From a candidate division WOR-3 bacterium (GTDB taxonomy: Bacteria > SDB-A), in the NCBI GenBank assembly GCA_016926475.1, contig JAFGON010000021.1, positions 9,626 to 73,625 of the forward strand: DNA of 64,000 nt, in the 5' to 3' direction. The translations under genes were made by a program, and so were the position numbers. The first letter of the stretch is position 1, and every line of letters begins with the position of its first letter. The notes below the pieces were generated by a model, which ran no database searches, was not told the DNA's origin, and was given only the letters and a program-made list of their open reading frames with translations. Shown in pieces: positions 1 to 10,286 of this stretch.

Positions 1-1571
1 GCAGCAGACTCGTTTTCAACTATCATTTGCCTTAGCTTTTTGGAGACGGGCATCACTTCTGTAATCGCGACCCTTCCCTTGTATCCAGTGTTGTTGCAAT
101 TTCCGCAGCCTCTGCCTTTGTAAAAGGTTGAATTTTGTATTTCTTCGTCGCTCAATCCGATGTCTTTGAGAAACTTTTCAGGATAGACAAAGGGAGCCTT
201 GCAGTTCGGGCAGATTTTCCTGACAAGCCTTTGAGCCTGAATTAGATTTAAAGAAGCTGCGACAAGAAAAGATTTCACTCCCATATCTATCAACCTGTTT
301 ACAGTCGAAGGTGCGTCGTTCGTGTGAATGGTGGAAAGAACAAGCTGGCCAGCTAAAGCAGCTCTTATAGCTATTTCACCAGTTTCTGTGTCTCTTATCT
401 CGCCGACCATTATGATATCTGGAGCGTGCCTGAGAATAGCCCTCAAAGCGTCGGGGAAATTGAAATCTATTTCAGCGTGGATGGGGACTTGGTTTATACC
501 CCTGATGTTGTATTCAACAGGATCCTCTACGGTCACAATCTGTATATTTGGCCTGTTCAACCTGCTGAGCGCGGAATACAGCGTGGTGGATTTGCCGCTA
601 CCTGTCGGGCCTGTAATTAGAATTATTCCGTAGGGTCTGTCCAGGGATTCTTCAAATTTTTTTCGCGAAAATTCTGAAAAGCCGAGGTCTTTCAAGTCTA
701 CCATTAAGCTGCTCTTGTCCAAAATCCTCATGACAACTTTTTCACCGACAACCGTAGCAATAATACTCACCCTGAGGTCTATGTCCCTACCTCTGTATCT
801 CCACTGGATCCTTCCGTCCAGCGGTTTATAATGCTCGGAAATATCCATCTTTGCGAGGATCTTTATTCTTTGAATTATCGCCATACTGAATTTACCAGGC
901 GCGTCGACGACTTCCTGCAGAACGCCGTCAATCCTCATCCTCACCCTCTGTCTTTTTCCGATGAACTCGATGTGAATGTCGCTCGCCTTTCTCGCTATCG
1001 CGTCGTCTATTATGTATTTGACGAAATCAGCGGCTTGAGAAGATGTGCCGAATGAGAGTTCCTCCTCGTACTCCTCCTCTTCTAATTCTAAGTCTCCCCT
1101 CTCTTTTTCCGCTGCCGCCTGTGATTCAAGAGATACCAACCCTCCTTTTATAGTGAAATACTTGTCGAGGTATTTCTGCATCTGGCTGTCACGGATAAAA
1201 TACCTTTCCGGATTCAGACCTGTAAGAAAACTGACTTCAGAAACAGCTTCTTCATCTAGGGGATTCACCATTCCAAGTGTGAGGTTTTTGCCTTTTCTGC
1301 TGACAGGAAATATTCTGTACTTATTGGCGATTTCTGGTGTTATCAAATTCAATACCGAAGGGTCCGGGTTTATTTCGGTTAAATCAAGAGGTTTGAAATC
1401 GTATTCTTTCGCTAAAAAAGACATGAGTCTCTGTTCAGTTATGTGGCCGCTTTTTATCAATATCGCAGTTTCGGTGTCTCCTGTTTCCTGTTTTTTCTCC
1501 TCAATGGCGTTGATCTGGCTTTTTGTGATTAGTCTCGCGTTAAGTAGGGCGTTTAAAAGTTCCTTTGCCAT
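1..1571 (-). CDS. pilB: Type IV pilus assembly / T2SS GspE-PilB family ATPase, copy 2 (3'-truncated by window edge; missing from the ORF track)
   Basis: Manual translation from ATG at 1571 (TGATG overlap with the upstream stop): MAKELLNALLNARLIT...ASDIHIE...GPTGSGKSTTLY (Walker A)...VEDPVEY...IMVGEIRD (Walker B)...CPNC..GCGNC Zn motif. Confidence 0.9.
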   Translation of the reverse strand, partial: MAKELLNALLNARLITKSQINAIEEKKQETGDTETAILIKSGHITEQRLMSFLAKEYDFKPLDLTEINPDPSVLNLITPEIANKYRIFPVSRKGKNLTLGMVNPLDEEAVSEVSFLTGLNPERYFIRDSQMQKYLDKYFTIKGGLVSLESQAAAEKERGDLELEEEEYEEELSFGTSSQAADFVKYIIDDAIARKASDIHIEFIGKRQRVRMRIDGVLQEVVDAPGKFSMAIIQRIKILAKMDISEHYKPLDGRIQWRYRGRDIDLRVSIIATVVGEKVVMRILDKSSLMVDLKDLGFSEFSRKKFEESLDRPYGIILITGPTGSGKSTTLYSALSRLNRPNIQIVTVEDPVEYNIRGINQVPIHAEIDFNFPDALRAILRHAPDIIMVGEIRDTETGEIAIRAALAGQLVLSTIHTNDAPSTVNRLIDMGVKSFLVAASLNLIQAQRLVRKICPNCKAPFVYPEKFLKDIGLSDEEIQNSTFYKGRGCGNCNNTGYKGRVAITEVMPVSKKLRQMIVENESA

Positions 1572-3280
1572 CAGAGCTCCGCCGTTTCTTTGACCACTTC
1601 TTCAATATCTGTCTCTCCCGATAGAACTGACTGCAACCCGTGTTCTCTGAGAGAAAGCATGCCTTCTTCGATAGCCGCTTTGTTGAGTTCGTCAGCAGTC
1701 ACTCTGTTTAGGACCATCTCTTTGAGACGAGGTGACATATACATCACTTCAAATATGGCTCTTCGCCCTGAATAGCCTGTTTTTTGACATTGCTCGCACC
1801 CAACTCCTTTAAAAAGAGCGACTTTGTTGAATCTTTCAGGTTCGACGCCAATTTCCTTTAGGACATGTTCGGATATTCTTATCTGCCTTTTGCAGTGCGG
1901 ACAGGTTTTTTTTATAAGCCTTTGAGCGACCACCAGAGTCAATGTAGAAGCTATCAAAAAAGGTTCCACACCCATGTCGATAAGCCTCGTCACAGTCGCA
2001 GCGGCTGTATTGCTGTGAACGGAAGACATGACAAGGTGCCCCGTCAAAGAAGCCCTGACGGCGATTTCAGCGGTTTCTCTGTCTCTTATCTCTCCGACCA
2101 TTATGACGTTTGGATCCTGCCTGAGATAAGCTCTAAGGGCAGATGCAAAAGTCAGTCCGGCTTCGGTTTTCATCTGTACTTGGTTTATACCTTGAAGTAC
2201 GTATTCCACCGGATCTTCAGCGGTGGTTATATTTATTTCGACGCTGTTGATATGAGTCATGGCCGCATACAGAGTTGTCGTCTTGCCGCACCCTGACGGA
2301 CCGCTGACAACTATTATCCCATAGGGGTTGCTTATCGCTTTTTTGAAGTAGTCAAAACCGTGTGTATCCATTCCCAATTCGTCGATTTTGAAGCTGACAT
2401 TAGACTTATCGAGAACTCTTACTGCGATTTTCTCGCCGAATATAGTCGGTATAACTGCCATTCTGAAATCCACCAGTTTGCTCCCCGATTTCATCGTCAA
2501 TCTTCCGTCTTGAGGTCTTCTCCTCTCGTCAGGTTTCATGCCTCCTAAAAGTTTTATGTATGTTGTGATACTCTGTCCGAGAGCAAAATTCGGTGAAGCT
2601 ATTTCGTGAAGTATGCCGTCTATTCTGAACCTGACTCTCAGTTCCTTTTCATAGGGCTCTATGTGAAAATCTGAGCTTTTCTTGTCGACAGCCATTTTTA
2701 GCATTTTTGACACGAACTGCTGAGCTGGCGCTTTGGATTCGCTTTCAAGTCTGTCAAGGTCCATGATTCCTTTTCCGATCTCGATCGAATCTGCGCCCTG
2801 CAGGACTTCGGTGTCCTCGATAGCTTCAACTTTTGAAGCCACAACGTCCAATGCCCCCTGAACCTTGTAATATTTAGCAAGGGCGTTTTGAATCGCTATT
2901 TCAGCGGCGATCAGGGGCTCTACGTCGTATCCGACGCCAAACCTCACGGCTTCTATTGCTCCTTGGTCAAAAGGATTGACCATGGCCATTCTCAAGGTCT
3001 TTCCGACCCTAGAAATCGGTATAAACTGGTATTTGATAGCCATGTTGGCCGGAATAAGCTTAATAATGTTTCTGTCGAGATTTAAGTTGCCTATTTCTAT
3101 GCCGGGTACATGGAGTTTATTCCCTAAAGCTTTGACAAGTTGGGCTTCTTTTACATACCCGAGATGAATCAGGATACTACCGAGTTTTCCTGTGCCTCTT
3201 CTCTTTTGTTCTATGAGAGATTTTTGAAGTTGATCTTCGGTGATCAGCTTTTCTTCAACTAAGATTTCTCCAATTTTCAT
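1571..3280 (-). CDS. pilB: Type IV pilus assembly ATPase PilB (GspE/PulE family) with N-terminal MshEN-like domain
   Basis: KIGEILVEEKLITEDQLQKSLIEQ N-terminus; GPSGCGKTT, EDPVEY, LRQDPNVIMVGEIRD, GHLV, CPHC/CEQC motifs. Confidence 0.92.
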   Translation of the reverse strand: MKIGEILVEEKLITEDQLQKSLIEQKRRGTGKLGSILIHLGYVKEAQLVKALGNKLHVPGIEIGNLNLDRNIIKLIPANMAIKYQFIPISRVGKTLRMAMVNPFDQGAIEAVRFGVGYDVEPLIAAEIAIQNALAKYYKVQGALDVVASKVEAIEDTEVLQGADSIEIGKGIMDLDRLESESKAPAQQFVSKMLKMAVDKKSSDFHIEPYEKELRVRFRIDGILHEIASPNFALGQSITTYIKLLGGMKPDERRRPQDGRLTMKSGSKLVDFRMAVIPTIFGEKIAVRVLDKSNVSFKIDELGMDTHGFDYFKKAISNPYGIIVVSGPSGCGKTTTLYAAMTHINSVEINITTAEDPVEYVLQGINQVQMKTEAGLTFASALRAYLRQDPNVIMVGEIRDRETAEIAVRASLTGHLVMSSVHSNTAAATVTRLIDMGVEPFLIASTLTLVVAQRLIKKTCPHCKRQIRISEHVLKEIGVEPERFNKVALFKGVGCEQCQKTGYSGRRAIFEVMYMSPRLKEMVLNRVTADELNKAAIEEGMLSLREHGLQSVLSGETDIEEVVKETAEL

Positions 3281-3291
3281 ATATCAAAAAA

Positions 3292-3320
3292 ATTATTAAA
3301 TGCCTTTATACTTTTGTCAA
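3292..3320 (-). promoter_or_regulatory. Putative sigma70 promoter for the pilB pair
   Basis: TTGACA-17 nt-AATAAT ending 11 nt before the ATG at 3280; no SD in between. Confidence 0.55.
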
Positions 3321-3435
3321 TTAAATTCACAAAACCAATTTACAGTTTTGGTCTTTATTTTTATCCAAATTTTACTGATTTTATCTAAATTTCATGGGTT
3401 TGAGATACGTTCTAATCTACCTTTTTGAGTTCTGT

Positions 3436-3897
3436 CTATAAAGTTATCAAATTTTCAATTTTCGAAAATTTTACCGGACCTATGCCCCTCACTTTCTGCA
3501 GATCACTTGCATGCTGAAAATTTCCATGCTCGTTTCTGTATTCAACTATTCTTTGAGCGATAACCGGTCCAATTCCAGGCAGCTTTTCAAATTCGTGAGC
3601 CTGGGCGGTGTTTATATTAACCAACAGGGTTATGGGAATTTGACACAAGACCGAATCAGACCTCAAGGGGTTTTCGACGGCCTCAACGCTGTCGTTCAGG
3701 GATGAATCGCGTGTATCGAAAAAACGCTTCACATAGGCTCTATTGCTTAAAACCTCTATGGTTGACATTTCCTTTTCACCGTAGGATGAGAACCGAATAC
3801 CTTTTTTTTCTCTTAAAACAAGCCCTATGGTCCCTGCAAAAAAAATCAGCAGAATAGTTACGACGAGAATCAACTCATCTTTAGAAAGAGAACCCAT
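3436..3897 (-). CDS. comEA: ComEA family helix-hairpin-helix DNA-binding protein
   Basis: N-terminal TM helix; VNINTAQAHEFEKLPGIGPVIAQRIVEYRNEHGNF...VRGIG HhH motifs. Confidence 0.88.
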   Translation of the reverse strand: MGSLSKDELILVVTILLIFFAGTIGLVLREKKGIRFSSYGEKEMSTIEVLSNRAYVKRFFDTRDSSLNDSVEAVENPLRSDSVLCQIPITLLVNINTAQAHEFEKLPGIGPVIAQRIVEYRNEHGNFQHASDLQKVRGIGPVKFSKIENLITL

Positions 3898-4453
3898 ATT
3901 TTTTTGTCATGGAAAAAAAAAGGGTGAGTGGAAAACCTATCACGTTGTCCAACGGACCTCTGACGCTTTCTACCATAAAACTCCCGAAACCTTGAATGGC
4001 GTAGCCTCCCGCTTTATCTTTCCACTCTCCTGTCCTGATGTACAGTTTTATTTCTCTTTGGGAAAGCTCTTTGAAAACCACCGAGGTCTTCGAAACTTCT
4101 GTAATAAAATTATTCCCTAAACCACAGGTCATAGCCGTTAAGACCAAATGTTCTCTGGCAGAAAGTTTTTTCAGGTAGAGTTCTGCCTGCTTATCTGTTT
4201 TGGGTTTATTTAGGACTTCTCCGTCGATCGCGACAATCGTATCCGCGCTGACGACAAGATCGCTTTTTTTACACTTTTCGACAGAGTATAGAAATTTTTC
4301 TTCTGAAATTTTCCGGGCAAAATCCTCGGGGTCTTCCCCTTCTCCGGGAGTTTCGTCGATATCAGGTTCAACAACTGAAAAATCTACATTTAAAAATTCA
4401 AGAAAAAAACTCCGCCTGCTTGAGGCGGAGGCTAAACAAATATGACCGAGCAC
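3881..4453 (-). CDS. maf: Maf family nucleoside-triphosphate pyrophosphatase
   Basis: LASASSRR, DIDE, SADTIV, KP, DKAGGYAIQG, NVIGFP motifs. Confidence 0.92.
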   Translation of the reverse strand: MLGHICLASASSRRSFFLEFLNVDFSVVEPDIDETPGEGEDPEDFARKISEEKFLYSVEKCKKSDLVVSADTIVAIDGEVLNKPKTDKQAELYLKKLSAREHLVLTAMTCGLGNNFITEVSKTSVVFKELSQREIKLYIRTGEWKDKAGGYAIQGFGSFMVESVRGPLDNVIGFPLTLFFSMTKKYGFSF

Positions 4454-4461
4454 AAAGTTTT

Positions 4462-4743
4462 TTATTTCTTCTTGTCGACCACGGCTTTCAAAGAAGATGA
4501 AGGCGAGAAATGAGGAACTTTTTTCGCTTTGATCTTGATGATTTCCTGGGTTTGAGGATTTCTTCCCTTCCTAGCTTTTCTGCTTTTGACGCCGAATGTG
4601 CCGAATCCTACCAGCGTCACTTTTTTTCCCTTCTTCAGAGAGTCTTGGACGGCTCCGATGAAACTCTCAAGAGCTTTCTGAGACTGAGTTTTCGTCAATT
4701 TTGTTTCGGCGGCAATCCTATCAATCAATTCGCCTTTGTTCAT
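4462..4743 (-). CDS. hup: HU family DNA-binding protein
   Basis: MNKGELIDRIA...VTLVGFGTF...RKGRNPQT; GGAGG SD upstream. Confidence 0.95.
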   Translation of the reverse strand: MNKGELIDRIAAETKLTKTQSQKALESFIGAVQDSLKKGKKVTLVGFGTFGVKSRKARKGRNPQTQEIIKIKAKKVPHFSPSSSLKAVVDKKK

Positions 4744-4857
4744 TCTACCGACCTCCCTTTAAGGTTTTTTAACGCTTTCAATTATCTTAAAACCACAAAA
4801 CATTGTATTTGTCAATGTTTTTTATACATTATTTGTTGATTTTTCTCATTTTTGACA

Positions 4858-6918
4858 TTAAATCCGAGGCACAAAAAAACTGACCATGCTCCTCATGACC
4901 CTGACATCTTGTATTGATTTTATTCTAATCGTAAAAGAATAACTCCACGCTTCGTTGAATTTTTGCCATGAAAAAAAAGCTTCCCAGCAATGAAGATCCC
5001 TGTAAACACTGAGTGATTGGTTGACCATGTTGTTTTTTTCGATGTCCCATCTCGCGCTGTATGTAACCTTCCAGTTATCTGTCGGGTGAATTCCTGCGGT
5101 GAACCAGACCTGTTGGTTTTTTGAAAGCCTGTCTTGAGTCATCGAATAGGAAGTCGTCAAACTCCATTGACGGTCAACATCCGAATAATAATATTTTTTT
5201 CCAATGTTTCCGGAAAGAAAAGATGTCAGATAGTATGAAGATGAAATCCTCTCTAATGTGTATGGGTCATACACCCATCTACAAGATATTGAAAATTTAT
5301 TTGAAAATCTGCTGTCAAAAGAAAGAGATATATCAGAAAAATTTTTTACACTTTTTTCAAAATCATAACTCGTAGAAGCTCCCAAAGAAAAAAGTTCAAA
5401 TCTGCTGATATTTTCGCCGTTTTGCCATTTCAATTGAAGGGACTGAGAAAGGTTCAAATTTAATTTTGACACTTTGGCGTCTGAAGAATATTCATAGGAG
5501 GTGTCCCCAAAACTTCCGTAAACTGTCCCTGGAGAATAAACGTAGGAAACGGAAGGATTCAACACATGCCTTATTCTCTGCAAAGAACCCGCGCTCCAAT
5601 TCGTCAAACCGTATATGAAAGTCGAGAGAGTCATGGAGGTTGACCAACTGCGGCTGTAAAAATACACATTCGCGGTATCGTACTTTTTTACCGTCCCGCT
5701 CATCGACAAGCCTGGGTTGAAATTGAAAAACCCTAAAACCTTGATCGGGTTTTGTAACCCTGCGTTCATGCTCATTTGATCAGTCTCCAAAGACCCTGTC
5801 GAGTCGTTTTGAATACCTCTATTGAATCTTCCAGAATTTGAAAAATAAAGGTTTAAAACATTGGCGGCAGCTAATATCCTCCTTGAAAACAAAGTATAAG
5901 ATATTTCCGGGAGACTGTATGAAACTCTTTCAGCGATAAGGTCTTCGCTTCTCAAAAGAAGCGCCTGCCCCGAAAGAAAACTCCAGTTCTTGGAAACCGA
6001 AAAATACGAAGACGTCCTTTTGTTTAAATCGACGAGAACATCCGTTCCGTAATCTATCCTGTATCTTTTGTCACTCTGCCAATCAGCTCTCGCCAGCATT
6101 CTCGTGCTCGAGTTTATCTGATGGAAATGGTTTCCCTCTATTCTCCATCTTTCAATTCCAGTGTTGGTCTCCCTTATGTACCCCAGACCAAAATTACCCG
6201 ACAGGAAAGGTTTGACAATATACATCCCAGCTGCATTGAACCTGACGCCTCTCTTTTCCATGATGTCGACCGAGAAGGTCATATCCGAATAATCGTTGAT
6301 TGCCCAAAAATAAGCGACGTTTTTCACGTATCTTCCATCGGTTGAACTGTTGCCTACGTTGGGGAACAGAAACCCGCTGTACCTGCCTCTTTTAATAGGA
6401 AAAAACCACCAGGGCAATGCGAAAACCGGCACGTTGCCTATATAAAGTATTACAGGTTCTGCGATGAGCATACCGTTCTGCTCTATGATCATCGCATTTC
6501 CCCAAAAGTGATAGTGAGGAGGGTCGTCTTCACAAGTGGTAAACGTCCCTTTTGTGACATACCAGAGATCGCTTTGAATCTGCCAGACAGTGTCTCCCGT
6601 GAAAAATCCCTCCGTTATGGCTGTTTTGCCGCCATCGACGATACCGTATTTTGTGTCTATGTTGAATACCATTCGTTCACCCGCAAGTTCTTGTTCTTTC
6701 TGCAGTATTTTCATGTTCCCTATGACTTCCACAACCTTTTCATCAGGGTAGTAAATTATGGTGTCTCCGTAAAGCTTGATATCTCCGTATTCGACGTACG
6801 CAGAGTCCGTAAGAATTATTTTTTTTAAATTCCAGTCGTAAGTCATCCTGCCGCATGAATAAGAAATGACTTCCGCCTGGCCGGTCAGAACTGCCAAGAT
6901 TAAAAACAGCAAATTCAT
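4858..6918 (-). CDS. lptD: LPS-assembly protein LptD-like outer-membrane protein
   Basis: Signal peptide; GTFTTC..PPHYHF, PVFALP, RYSGFLFP motifs; C-terminal RDLHCWE. Confidence 0.82.
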   Translation of the reverse strand: MNLLFLILAVLTGQAEVISYSCGRMTYDWNLKKIILTDSAYVEYGDIKLYGDTIIYYPDEKVVEVIGNMKILQKEQELAGERMVFNIDTKYGIVDGGKTAITEGFFTGDTVWQIQSDLWYVTKGTFTTCEDDPPHYHFWGNAMIIEQNGMLIAEPVILYIGNVPVFALPWWFFPIKRGRYSGFLFPNVGNSSTDGRYVKNVAYFWAINDYSDMTFSVDIMEKRGVRFNAAGMYIVKPFLSGNFGLGYIRETNTGIERWRIEGNHFHQINSSTRMLARADWQSDKRYRIDYGTDVLVDLNKRTSSYFSVSKNWSFLSGQALLLRSEDLIAERVSYSLPEISYTLFSRRILAAANVLNLYFSNSGRFNRGIQNDSTGSLETDQMSMNAGLQNPIKVLGFFNFNPGLSMSGTVKKYDTANVYFYSRSWSTSMTLSTFIYGLTNWSAGSLQRIRHVLNPSVSYVYSPGTVYGSFGDTSYEYSSDAKVSKLNLNLSQSLQLKWQNGENISRFELFSLGASTSYDFEKSVKNFSDISLSFDSRFSNKFSISCRWVYDPYTLERISSSYYLTSFLSGNIGKKYYYSDVDRQWSLTTSYSMTQDRLSKNQQVWFTAGIHPTDNWKVTYSARWDIEKNNMVNQSLSVYRDLHCWEAFFSWQKFNEAWSYSFTIRIKSIQDVRVMRSMVSFFVPRI

Positions 6919-8258
6919 TTTAACCCGTAGTATTTCATTTTTTCTCTTAGCGTGTTTCTGTGAATTTTCAATATCTGAGAAGCTTTCTGCAGGTTCCCCG
7001 AAGTCATGGAGAGCACTTTTTCAATTTGTTTTTTCTCCAATGCTTCAAGAGACAAATCTTCCGTGTCGCCGGTAAGGGACAGGTCTTGAGAATCAATCTC
7101 GGCTCCTCTCGACAGGACAAAAGCTCTCTGAAGAACATTTTCGAGTTCCCGGATATTTCCCGGCCAGTTTCCCGTGATTAGTCTTTTCTCGGCTTCCCAG
7201 GTCAACTTGAGCTCTTTTTTTTCTGGAATTTTGCTTGAAAGATTCTTTATTATCCTTCTCGCCAGTGGTATGATGTCTTCTCTTCTTTCTCTCAGAGGAG
7301 GTATTTCGATGTTTACGACGTTCAACCTATAAAACAAATCTTCCCTGAATTTTCCGTCTTTCATCTCCAGTGAGAGATTTCTGTTGGTCGCAGCTATAAT
7401 TCTGACGTCGGCTTCTATAGTCTTTTCTCCACCGAGCTTTTCGTATGTCCTCTCGGACAGAAACCTAAGAAGTTTCACCTGTATTAAAGGGGATATGTCT
7501 CCTATTTCGTCGAGAAAAAGTGTTCCGCCCTGGGCGAGTTCAAGCCTTCCTTTCCTCGCAGAAACCGCTCCTGTGTAAGCTCCTTTCTCCGAACCGAAGA
7601 GTTCCGCTTCAAGCAATGTGTCCGGTATCGCAGAGCAGTTTACGGCTATGAAAGGACTATTTTTTCTCAAAGAAAAGCTGTGTATCGCCCTTGCGACGAC
7701 TTCTTTCCCGACCCCGCTCTCTCCAGTCAATAGAACTGATATGTTGTAGTTTGCTACCCTTGATACCAAAGAGAGAACTTCCCTCATTTCCCTGCTTTGA
7801 GCGACTATAGGGTGTTCGGAAAATTCTTCCTCGTAAATTTCTTGAAGAGCTCTGCTTTCAATAACAATTTCGAATTCTTGCAGTGCCTTGCGCACGAGCT
7901 CGATTAAATCCTCAAGTCTTATGGGTTTTGTCATGTAGTAATAAGCGCCATACTTCATTGCTGTGACTGCGCTGTCTATATTTCCGTAAGCCGTGACTAG
8001 AACTACAGGAATCTCGGGGTTGGCTTTCCTGCAGTGTTCAAGTATTTGGATACCGTCCCTACCGTCTTTGAGCTTTTGGTCGGTTATCACCATGTCAAAA
8101 AGTTCAGCCTCGAAGAGGGATTTCGCTTCATCAAAATTTGATGCCGTACCTACTTCATAGCCTTCTCTTATCAAGGCTCCCGCCAAAAGAGACCTCTGGT
8201 CTTCTTCGTCGTCTACCACGAGAAGCTTGAATTTATTTTTCGTCTCGGTTTTTGACAT
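6915..8258 (-). CDS. Sigma54-dependent response regulator (NtrC/AtoC/ZraR family)
   Basis: Receiver (VVDDE, D, TAYG, KP), GESGVGKE, GAYTGA, LFLDEIGD, FREDLFYRLNV, WPGNIREL, Fis-type HTH. Confidence 0.93.
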   Translation of the reverse strand: MSKTETKNKFKLLVVDDEEDQRSLLAGALIREGYEVGTASNFDEAKSLFEAELFDMVITDQKLKDGRDGIQILEHCRKANPEIPVVLVTAYGNIDSAVTAMKYGAYYYMTKPIRLEDLIELVRKALQEFEIVIESRALQEIYEEEFSEHPIVAQSREMREVLSLVSRVANYNISVLLTGESGVGKEVVARAIHSFSLRKNSPFIAVNCSAIPDTLLEAELFGSEKGAYTGAVSARKGRLELAQGGTLFLDEIGDISPLIQVKLLRFLSERTYEKLGGEKTIEADVRIIAATNRNLSLEMKDGKFREDLFYRLNVVNIEIPPLRERREDIIPLARRIIKNLSSKIPEKKELKLTWEAEKRLITGNWPGNIRELENVLQRAFVLSRGAEIDSQDLSLTGDTEDLSLEALEKKQIEKVLSMTSGNLQKASQILKIHRNTLREKMKYYGLK

Positions 8259-10245
8259 TTTTAGAAAGAACTATTTTAAACATCGCGCCGTTATTACGTT
8301 TTTTTTCAACTTCAACCGAACCTTCATAATCTTCAGCGATTTTTTTCACTATATAAAGACCCAATCCGGTTCCCGAGGGAGAGGTGGTGAAATAAGGTTC
8401 AAAAATCTCCTCTGAATGTCTTTCGTCTATTCCATGTCCGTCGTCTTCGAAATATATAAGGACCTTTTCGCCCATCCCTGCAATGTTTATGCGGATGTTC
8501 TCAGCTCCCGCTTTGATTGAGTTGTCTATCAAATTGTCAAAAAGTCTGTAGAAATCTGTTTTATCACCTTTGATAACGATACTTTCGGAATCGCTTTGGG
8601 TTATCATGTTAACCGGCCCGTGAATTTTTTTCAAATCCGAAAGAACGACGAGAAGATCTACTTCTACACCTGAACTCTTCGAAGTTTTGGCGAACATCAG
8701 AAGGTTGCCGAGTTTTCTCTCGAGTGAATCGACAGCCGAAGACAGCATAGCCAAAATTGTCTTTCTCTCGTCCTCTTCTTTAAATTCAAATTCCCTTTGC
8801 AGCCTTTGAACCGCTATTGAAGCCGCGTTGAGAGGATTCCTCAGTTCATGGGCTATAGCTGAAGTCATTCGAGAGATATCCCTGATCTTCTCCTTTTCAC
8901 TTTGGAGTTCTTTTTCAATTTTAAAATACTTGAAATCTTTCAAAAACGACACGACCCCGATAATTTCATCGTTTTCTCGGAGCATAACGGTATCCAGTAA
9001 AAATTCCTCTTTTTTCCCTGAAGGTAAAACGATGTCGACTATGACGTCTTTCATTTCTCTCTCATTCTCGTAGGTTCTTTTTATGTGCAGTTCATCGTCC
9101 GGAAAAGACTCTCCGTATTTCATTTTTTTTTCGTCTTTGTTGCCTAACCCGAACAGTTGTCTTCCATATTCGTTTATCCTGAGAAATTTTCCCTGAGCGT
9201 TGACAATAAAAATGCCGTAATTGGAAGAATCGACAAGCTTCGTCGTGACACTCTCCGCCGAATGAAGTTCTCTTCTAAGCGAAAAATACCTTATTCCGAG
9301 TACAGATGCTATTATTGAGAGCAAAACCGCGAGCCAAAGAAAAAGAAACATAAACAGTATTCTGCCTCTGTAATCGCTTATTATTTTCTGGTAATCGTCG
9401 AGGTAGATACCTATTCTTATAACCCCTTTCGGGACTCCTTCATAACTCAAAGGTGAGATCACTTCGTAGATTCTTTTCCCTCGAAAATCCGTTTCTCTGA
9501 CGATTGGTTTTTGCAGTCTTACCGAAGAGAGCAAAACAGAATCTTCCTCGATTTTGCAAAGTTGGGTTATCTTTCCGGAAGCGGATATTATACCTTCAAA
9601 ACCCTGAACGGCCACGTAAGCAAAGCCAGGTGAAGTTCCGACGTCTTTGACCAGTTTCGAAACAGAAGCGTAGGACATGACCGACGCGACCCATGATTCA
9701 TCGAGATAAACCACCACTGCTCCGTTGTCATCGGTTCTTACAGCGGCAAGTTTGAAACTCCTGAAAGGAATTCCGATTATGGAATCTGCTCTTTCGGTCG
9801 ACCAAATGATTATTTCGTTTCTCTTCCCGCTGGTGAGAAATTTCAAACCGGGGTAATAAGGTATTTCAAGGTCTTCAGATGAAGATACGGTCACTCTTCC
9901 AGTGCTGTCGAGAATGTCTATTCTCGCCAAATTATTTTCAATAACGACACTTTTGAGATCTTCGGCGGTAATCTGCGGGTTTTTTTCTATTATGTGCGCG
10001 GTTGATATGGCGAACAACTTTAGTAGTTTTTCCTTTACCTGCCCCGACGAATACAACTGCTGTATGCTTTGGTTGTAAGCTTCGGAGAGAGCGAGAAGCT
10101 CCTTTTCGGTCATAGACAAAACAGCCTTTTCTCCGTTGTCCATGAGCAACATTGAAAACCAGATCATGAGAAATGAGACAGGCACGAGAATTACAAACAC
10201 GACAGGATAAAGAGGAATTGAAAAACCGCTCTTTTTAAAAAACAA
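8233..10245 (-). CDS. Membrane sensor histidine kinase (periplasmic sensor, PAS, HisKA, HATPase)
   Basis: Two TM segments; AHELRNPL H-box; NLIDNS, DDGHG, FEPYFTT, GTGLGL boxes; TTG start. Confidence 0.92.
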   Translation of the reverse strand: MFFKKSGFSIPLYPVVFVILVPVSFLMIWFSMLLMDNGEKAVLSMTEKELLALSEAYNQSIQQLYSSGQVKEKLLKLFAISTAHIIEKNPQITAEDLKSVVIENNLARIDILDSTGRVTVSSSEDLEIPYYPGLKFLTSGKRNEIIIWSTERADSIIGIPFRSFKLAAVRTDDNGAVVVYLDESWVASVMSYASVSKLVKDVGTSPGFAYVAVQGFEGIISASGKITQLCKIEEDSVLLSSVRLQKPIVRETDFRGKRIYEVISPLSYEGVPKGVIRIGIYLDDYQKIISDYRGRILFMFLFLWLAVLLSIIASVLGIRYFSLRRELHSAESVTTKLVDSSNYGIFIVNAQGKFLRINEYGRQLFGLGNKDEKKMKYGESFPDDELHIKRTYENEREMKDVIVDIVLPSGKKEEFLLDTVMLRENDEIIGVVSFLKDFKYFKIEKELQSEKEKIRDISRMTSAIAHELRNPLNAASIAVQRLQREFEFKEEDERKTILAMLSSAVDSLERKLGNLLMFAKTSKSSGVEVDLLVVLSDLKKIHGPVNMITQSDSESIVIKGDKTDFYRLFDNLIDNSIKAGAENIRINIAGMGEKVLIYFEDDGHGIDERHSEEIFEPYFTTSPSGTGLGLYIVKKIAEDYEGSVEVEKKRNNGAMFKIVLSKNVKNRDEK

Positions 10246-10286
10246 AACAGAAATCTCCCTTTGTCATTCTCACCTTACCAATAAAG

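Noticed and set aside
328..1593. Plus-strand ORFs of 64-182 aa over the start of the window
   Set aside because: Antisense shadows of the minus-strand pilB copy 2. The same applies to the many short ORFs opposite long genes throughout the window.
7560..7600. GAYTGA instead of GAFTGA in the first sigma54 activator
   Set aside because: A known natural variant of the sigma54-contact loop; not evidence of novelty.
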